In this document: positions 58,770 to 64,000 of the stretch, piece by piece
How the letters are laid out: every line of letters begins with the position of its first letter
Position numbering within the stretch: position 1 is the first letter of the stretch
NCBI GenBank assembly: GCA_958370785.1
Contig: CATXKN010000010.1
Location: 7,035-71,034 of the forward strand
DNA: 64,000 nucleotides
DNA from: an uncultured Collinsella sp.
GTDB lineage: Bacteria > Actinomycetota > Coriobacteriia > Coriobacteriales > Coriobacteriaceae
Direction: 5' to 3'
Position numbers and translations under genes: made by a program
The notes under the pieces: generated by a model
The model's input: the letters and a program-made list of their open reading frames with translations, nothing else
Told to the model about the DNA's origin: nothing
Database searches by the model: none

Positions 58770-61700
58770 ATGAGATTGATACACAACAGCCGCCTACCGC
58801 AGTTTCGCACTCCGTTTGGCGCTGTGACCACAGGAACTACCGTTGCACTCTCGGTTATTTTGGAGGATGCCGATCCCAACCAGGCAACACTCACCCTGCG
58901 TACCTGGGTCGATGAGGTCGGCGAGACCCTGATTCCGATGGAGCACGAGGGCGATGGCATTTTTACCGGCGAGCTCAAATGCACTGAACCGTGTCTTGTG
59001 TGGTACAGCTTTATATGCAATATCGAGGGCCAGCCCGAGGTTCGCCTGGGCGCGCCCCAGGGCCGCACCGGCGGCGAGGGCGTAACCTACGACTACGCCG
59101 AGGTGCCGTCCTTCCAGATTACCGTCTATAAGCACCGCGAGAACCGCCCCACCTGGTACGAGCGCGGTATGGTCTACCAAATCTTCCCCGACCGCTACGC
59201 CCGTGACGAGCATTGGCGCAAGCGCACAATGGCCCAACTCGAAAAACCGCGCAAGGGCATTCAGCGCCGGATGGTCGAAGACTGGAACGAGCCGCCCGTG
59301 TACGAGCGCGCCGAGGACGGCTCCATCAAGACCTGGGACTTCTACGGCGGCTCGCTCAAGGGCATCCAGGAAGACCTGCCCCGCATCGCCGAGCTGGGCT
59401 TTACAGCCATCTACCTCAACCCCATCTTTGAGGCCGCGAGCAACCACCGCTACGACACGGCCGACTACACCAAGATCGACCCGATCCTGGGCACCGAGCA
59501 GGACTTTACCGAGCTGTGCCAAGCAGCCGAGAAGCTGGGCATCTCCATCATCCTGGACGGCGTCTTCAACCACACGGGCGACGACTCGATCTATTTCAAC
59601 CGCTACGGCAACTACCCCGGCGTGGGTGCCTGGCAAAGCGAGGATTCGCCGTGGCGCGATGCGTTTACCTTCCACGAGGACGGCTCGTACGACTGCTGGT
59701 GGGGCGTGGGCAACATGCCGGCCATCAACGAGAAGTCCGAGCTGGTGCGCGAGAGGCTCCTGGGCAAGAACGGCGTGATTCGCAAATGGCTGCGCGCCGG
59801 TGCCCATGGTTGGCGCCTGGACGTCGCTGACGAGCTTTCCGACGACTTCCTGGCCGAGATCAAGAAGGCCGTACTTGCCGAAAAGCCTGATGCGCTTTTG
59901 CTCGGCGAAGTCTGGGAAGACGCCTCCAACAAGATTAGCTACGGCCATCTGCGCCGCTACCTGCAGGGCTCCGAGCTGGACTCTGCTATGGATTATCCCT
60001 TCCGCGACATGGTCATCGGCTTTCTGATGGGATACAAGAACGCCTACCAGGCAGCCGAGGATATCGAGACCCTGCGCGAGAACTACCCGAGCGAGGCACT
60101 GTCCTGCGCGCTCAATCTGCTTTCGAGCCACGACCGCCCGCGTATCATCTCGGTGCTCGGCGGCGGCCCCGACGAGTCGCAGCTGCCCGAGTGCGAGCGC
60201 AGCAAGTGGCGCCTGGACGAGAACTCGATGGGCCTGGCCAAGAGCCGTTTTTGGCTTGCAACGCTCATGCAGATGACCTTCCCCGGCGTGCCTTCGATCT
60301 ACTACGGCGACGAGTACGGCCTGGAGGGCCTTACCGATCCGGGCAACCGCCGCACCCTGCCGACCAAGGACCAACTGCACGACTTCGACACGCTGGCTAT
60401 TGTCAAGAACGCATCCGCCGTACGCCGCGCACTGCCATTTATGATCGACGGCGAGATCAAGGCCTTCGCGCTTAACGACGAGGTGCTGGCATACAACCGC
60501 ACGGGCAAGGATGGCGAGTCCGCGACGGTTATCATCAACCGCAGCCTGCGCAATTCGCACCGCGTGACGATTCCGGCGCTCGGCGAATGCGCGAGTGACG
60601 TGATTAGCGGTCACGAGTGCGAGATTCACAACGGCACGGTCACGCTCGATCTGTATCCGTTGGGCTCGTCGATCATCTATCACCATGCCGAGCAGCGCCT
60701 GCAGGAGCCGCTCGATCACGGCGCGGGCGTCGTGTGCCATATCACCTCGGTGCCCACCGACGACGGCAAGCCCGGCACGATCGGCGCGCCCACGCGTCGC
60801 TTTATCGACCATCTGTCCGCTATGGGCATGCGCTACTGGCAGGTTCTGCCTGTCAACCCGACGGACTTCTTCCGCTCCCCTTACGCTGGGCCTTCGGCCT
60901 TTGCGGGCAATATTGACCTGCTGCCCGAAAGCCAGGAGGAGCTAGCGGCCGACTTTGAGACTTGGAAGGCCCGTGGCGGCGAGGATGCAGATCCGCTGTA
61001 CACGGCGTTTAAACATCGCAACGCTGACTGGCTCGAGAAGTACTGCGTCTACATGGCCGTTAAGAAGTACTTTGAGGGCGAGTCGCGCCACGATTGGCCG
61101 GCAGATGTCGCGCGCTACAACGAGTATCTGATCGATGACAAGCGTTTCCACGACGAGGCAGAGCTGCAGGCATACATGCAGTACCGCTTTGACCTGGCCT
61201 GGTGCGAGCTCATGAACTATGCGCACAAGAAGGGCATCGAGGTCATCGGCGATATCCCCATGTATGTCTCGGACGATTCGGCAGATGCGTGGAGCGAACC
61301 CGAGAACTTCTGGCTGTCCGATACCGGCAAGGCGATTGAGATTTCTGGCGCGCCGCCCGACAATTTTGCGCCCGAGGGCCAGGTGTGGGGCAACCCCACC
61401 TTCCGCTGGGATCACATGAAGGAGAACGGCTACCGCTGGTGGATGGACCGTCTGCGTCGCGCGTTCTCGCTCTACGACCGCGTGCGCCTGGACCACTTCC
61501 TGGGATTCCACAGCTACTTTAGCATTCCCGCAGGCAAGGCCTGCGCCGACGGCCGCTGGCTGGTGGGTCCTGGCAAGGACTTGTTCCAGACTGCCTATGA
61601 CGAGCTGGGGCCGCTCAACTTTATCGCCGAGGACCTGGGCTACCTGACGCCCGGCGTTCGCGCCATGGCTTCGACCTGCGGCTTCCCCGGTATGGACGTG

Positions 61701-62066
61701 CTGGAGTTTAGCGATTACGACGTCCGCTGCGGCGTGCATCCCACGCCGGGCAAGATTCTGTACACCTCGACGCACGACACGTCGACGCTCGCCGGTTGGT
61801 GCACGCGCTCCTTTGCAGGCGGCGACGAGCCGAGCGGTGTTGAGGTGGCGGCCAAGCTGATGAGCGACGCGCTGGCAAGCGACGCTCCCCTGGTGATGAT
61901 GCCGCTGCAGGATATCCTGGGGCTAGGCGACGATGCACGCATGAACGTGCCGGGCGTCGCCACGGGCAACTGGACCTGGCAGGCCGATGAGGCCGGCGTT
62001 GCGGCCGCCGAGGGCAAAACTGCACAGCTCCTGCGCAACACCCATAGATTCTGGGGCGAAGCGTGA
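58770..62066 (+). CDS. GH13 amylopullulanase-like / GH77 4-alpha-glucanotransferase fusion
   Basis: GH13: DGVFNH, GWRLDVADE, GEVW, SSHD. GH77: WQVLP, GDIPMYV, WGNP, RLDHF, AEDLG, THD, MNVPG. Confidence 0.9.
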   Translation: MRLIHNSRLPQFRTPFGAVTTGTTVALSVILEDADPNQATLTLRTWVDEVGETLIPMEHEGDGIFTGELKCTEPCLVWYSFICNIEGQPEVRLGAPQGRTGGEGVTYDYAEVPSFQITVYKHRENRPTWYERGMVYQIFPDRYARDEHWRKRTMAQLEKPRKGIQRRMVEDWNEPPVYERAEDGSIKTWDFYGGSLKGIQEDLPRIAELGFTAIYLNPIFEAASNHRYDTADYTKIDPILGTEQDFTELCQAAEKLGISIILDGVFNHTGDDSIYFNRYGNYPGVGAWQSEDSPWRDAFTFHEDGSYDCWWGVGNMPAINEKSELVRERLLGKNGVIRKWLRAGAHGWRLDVADELSDDFLAEIKKAVLAEKPDALLLGEVWEDASNKISYGHLRRYLQGSELDSAMDYPFRDMVIGFLMGYKNAYQAAEDIETLRENYPSEALSCALNLLSSHDRPRIISVLGGGPDESQLPECERSKWRLDENSMGLAKSRFWLATLMQMTFPGVPSIYYGDEYGLEGLTDPGNRRTLPTKDQLHDFDTLAIVKNASAVRRALPFMIDGEIKAFALNDEVLAYNRTGKDGESATVIINRSLRNSHRVTIPALGECASDVISGHECEIHNGTVTLDLYPLGSSIIYHHAEQRLQEPLDHGAGVVCHITSVPTDDGKPGTIGAPTRRFIDHLSAMGMRYWQVLPVNPTDFFRSPYAGPSAFAGNIDLLPESQEELAADFETWKARGGEDADPLYTAFKHRNADWLEKYCVYMAVKKYFEGESRHDWPADVARYNEYLIDDKRFHDEAELQAYMQYRFDLAWCELMNYAHKKGIEVIGDIPMYVSDDSADAWSEPENFWLSDTGKAIEISGAPPDNFAPEGQVWGNPTFRWDHMKENGYRWWMDRLRRAFSLYDRVRLDHFLGFHSYFSIPAGKACADGRWLVGPGKDLFQTAYDELGPLNFIAEDLGYLTPGVRAMASTCGFPGMDVLEFSDYDVRCGVHPTPGKILYTSTHDTSTLAGWCTRSFAGGDEPSGVEVAAKLMSDALASDAPLVMMPLQDILGLGDDARMNVPGVATGNWTWQADEAGVAAAEGKTAQLLRNTHRFWGEA

Positions 62067-62154
62067 TAAAACCCCCGATATAGGGTACAGTTACAAACGT
62101 TTGAATTTATGCGGGCAGAGCGATCTGCCCGCTTTGTGCTGAAAAGGAAGTATT

Positions 62155-62391
62155 ATGGCGCGCTACGATTACAAGTGCTCGAGCTGCGGCAACGTGTTTG
62201 AGGTTGAGCATCCCATGTCCGAGACCCCCGAGGTCGTGTGTCCCAGCTGCGGCGCCCCGGCGGCCAAGACGTTCTCGGCCAGCGGCATCAAGTTTGAGGG
62301 CAGCGGCTTCTACAACACCGACCAGCGCAGCGGTGGTTCCAGCACCAACGCCACAAGCGGCTGCTGCGCCAACTGCCCGCACAACCACTAG
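62155..62391 (+). CDS. FmdB-family zinc-ribbon protein
   Basis: YDYKCSSCG, CPSCG, FEGSGFYNTD. Confidence 0.88.
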   Translation: MARYDYKCSSCGNVFEVEHPMSETPEVVCPSCGAPAAKTFSASGIKFEGSGFYNTDQRSGGSSTNATSGCCANCPHNH

Positions 62392-62425
62392 AGACAAGCG
62401 GTCCCGCCACCCAGGTTTCCTGGTG

Positions 62426-62492
62426 AGTTGCGGTGAAATAGGGATTGTTTTACGGGTAGATGCCGCTATTCAATCCCTATTTCACCGCAACT
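62426..62492. repeat. 67-bp palindromic repeat A1
   Basis: Perfect 22-bp IR AGTTGCGGTGAAATAGGGATTG/CAATCCCTATTTCACCGCAACT with 23-nt centre. Confidence 0.92.
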
Positions 62493-62547
62493 TTTCTATA
62501 GATCGGATTTCGGGCTGATGCTAAGTTTGTAACATTCCAAAACTCTG

Positions 62548-62681
62548 CCGGATTACGGGGCTGAATTGACAACCTCTATCCATTCCGGTAATTTGCAAAT
62601 TTCAACAAGCCATCTACCTGCGGTTTTATCTAAGCCATTTTTGCTGTGGTCGGGCATCACCGATCTAGCCCCGTAATCCGC
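62548..62681. repeat. 134-bp inverted-arm element, copy B
   Basis: CGGATTACGGGGCT...AGCCCCGTAATCCG; TCTACCTGCGGTTTT from 62613. Confidence 0.85.
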
Positions 62682-62767
62682 CCTACTTTTGATAGCAGCA
62701 AGTATGAAACAGGGCCATTATTTCCCACTCTTTACCGCTATTGCGATCTCCACATGCAAGACCTCTG

Positions 62768-62834
62768 AGTTGCGGTGAAATAAGGACTGTTTGGCCGGTA
62801 GATGCCGCTATTCAATCCCTATTTCACCGCAACT
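62768..62834. repeat. 67-bp palindromic repeat A2 (direct copy of A1)
   Basis: Same length as A1; right half identical; two changes in the left arm and a few in the centre. Confidence 0.92.
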
Positions 62835-62840
62835 TAGTAG

Positions 62841-64000
62841 TTACTTGCGGACCAGCCTTGCGCAGAAGTGGCCGTCGTAGGAGTCGGCGTTTACCGGTAC
62901 GCTTTGGAAGAGGCCGCGGTCGTTTTGGCGCAGGGTGACGAGGCTCTTGGCGTGGTCGTACTCGGGGAGCTGCAGTATCTGGGCTTCGGAGAGCGGCGCC
63001 ACGGTAAAGCCGGCGCCCTCGGGAGAGGCCAGGAAGGCATCCACGACCTGCGCGTTCTCTTCGTTAAAAACCGAGCAGGTGGCATAGATAAGCTCACCGC
63101 CGGCAGCCACGCGCGCGGCTGCTTCCTTGAGCATCGTCAGCTGCAGTTTGGGCAACTCAGTCGTAACGTCGTTCTCGGTCAGACGCCACGGAATCTCGGG
63201 ATGACGGCGCATGGTGCCGGTGCCAGAGCACGGCGCATCGATAAACACCGTGTCGAACAGGGCAGGCTCGCCAAGCATCGCATCAAAGGACGTGAGCACC
63301 TCATTGAGCTCGCAGGCATCGCCCGACACCGTACGAACACCCGAGATACCCGCCTTATGCAGGCGCGCGAGATTCTGATCGCACTTACGATCGTGCAGAT
63401 CGAGCGCGGTATGCTGATGCTCGTACCCGGCACGCTTGGCCTGGCACATCATCACATAGGTCTTGGTGCCGCGACCGGCGCCAATCTCCAGGCAACGACC
63501 GGGACGTGTTGCGGCAGTGGCGATAAGCTGAGCGTTGAGGTCCGAGGCAACCGCGGCAGCACGCTCAAACACGCCCGACGCAACCGTAACCTGCGCATCG
63601 ACCGGAGCATGGCAGCCCGGGAATACAGGTGCCACAAGCTGCGAGATATACGGATCGGGCTTGGTTGCAAAGGCGTTCTCATGCAGGGCCAGCGGCGCAG
63701 GCGCCAGATTGCCGGCAAAGTTGAGCGCGCCCTCGGGCGTATCGAACGAGGCCATAATACGAGCGCACAGCCAGCGCGGCAGGCCCATCAGACGGGAAAG
63801 TCGAACCAAACGGCGCTCGGACTCATCCACGTCGGATGCCGTGGCAAAGTCCTCAACGTTGTCCGCAACCTTATGCAGTACCGCGTTAGCCAGGCCCGCG
63901 GCAGACTTAGCACCGCTGCGCACAAGCTCAACACCCTGGCTCACGGCAACGCGGCCCGGCGTATGCAGATAGAGCATCTCGAAGGCCGAGATGCGAAGCG
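62841..64000 (-). CDS. rsmB: 16S rRNA m5C methyltransferase RsmB/Fmu (5' end outside window)
   Basis: NAVLH NusB-like segment, GAGRGTKT, DAPCSGTGTMRRHPEI, YATCS. Confidence 0.88.
   Translation of the reverse strand, partial: LRISAFEMLYLHTPGRVAVSQGVELVRSGAKSAAGLANAVLHKVADNVEDFATASDVDESERRLVRLSRLMGLPRWLCARIMASFDTPEGALNFAGNLAPAPLALHENAFATKPDPYISQLVAPVFPGCHAPVDAQVTVASGVFERAAAVASDLNAQLIATAATRPGRCLEIGAGRGTKTYVMMCQAKRAGYEHQHTALDLHDRKCDQNLARLHKAGISGVRTVSGDACELNEVLTSFDAMLGEPALFDTVFIDAPCSGTGTMRRHPEIPWRLTENDVTTELPKLQLTMLKEAAARVAAGGELIYATCSVFNEENAQVVDAFLASPEGAGFTVAPLSEAQILQLPEYDHAKSLVTLRQNDRGLFQSVPVNADSYDGHFCARLVRK

Noticed and set aside
49070..60812. Long minus-strand ORFs (747, 554, 495, 344 and 672 aa) opposite the glycogen genes
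   Set aside because: Antisense shadows caused by codon bias
62426..62834. A1/A2 repeats as a CRISPR array
   Set aside because: Only two 67-bp units with a 275-bp interval and no cas genes

Overview
High-GC actinobacterial chromosome window; gene order and protein style suggest Coriobacteriia (Collinsella-like), which is an inference. 1-12.1 kb is a minus-strand housekeeping run: gpsA, plsY, der, a PDZ/radical-SAM-like gene, ispH, plsC, cmk, rluB, scpB, scpA, a site-2 protease and an ABC-F ATPase. 12.1-15.3 kb is a tRNA cluster (two Ala-GGC, one CAT tRNA, one Val-CAC) around a DUF559/Vsr-like nuclease gene. 15.4-29.8 kb is a lower-GC toxin-antitoxin/defence island: DUF3825, Doc-like toxin plus small partner, DUF3990 plus HTH, DUF6978 plus DUF1828/1829, an LPXTG protein, a caspase-like protease and a frameshifted ~1960-aa nuclease-STAND NTPase. 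30-46.4 kb is a Wzx/Wzy polysaccharide locus led by a LoaP/UpxY antiterminator. A third tRNA-Ala, thiN and a HAD phosphatase follow, then a glycogen cluster (glgB, glgP, glgC, glgD, glgA, GH13-GH77 fusion), an FmdB-family gene and rsmB. Most striking unexplained structure: three 134-bp non-coding elements with co-varying inverted arms, an invariant 108-bp spacer and a TCTACCTGC motif fixed at the dyad. One lies just downstream of the DUF559-like nuclease gene, and another is sandwiched between two 67-bp palindromes carrying the same core. Also notable: the STAND-nuclease plus caspase pair, histone-H1-like tails on GlgA and GlgB, and a G9 tract in the capsule O-acetyltransferase. All family assignments are from motif recognition, not database searches.
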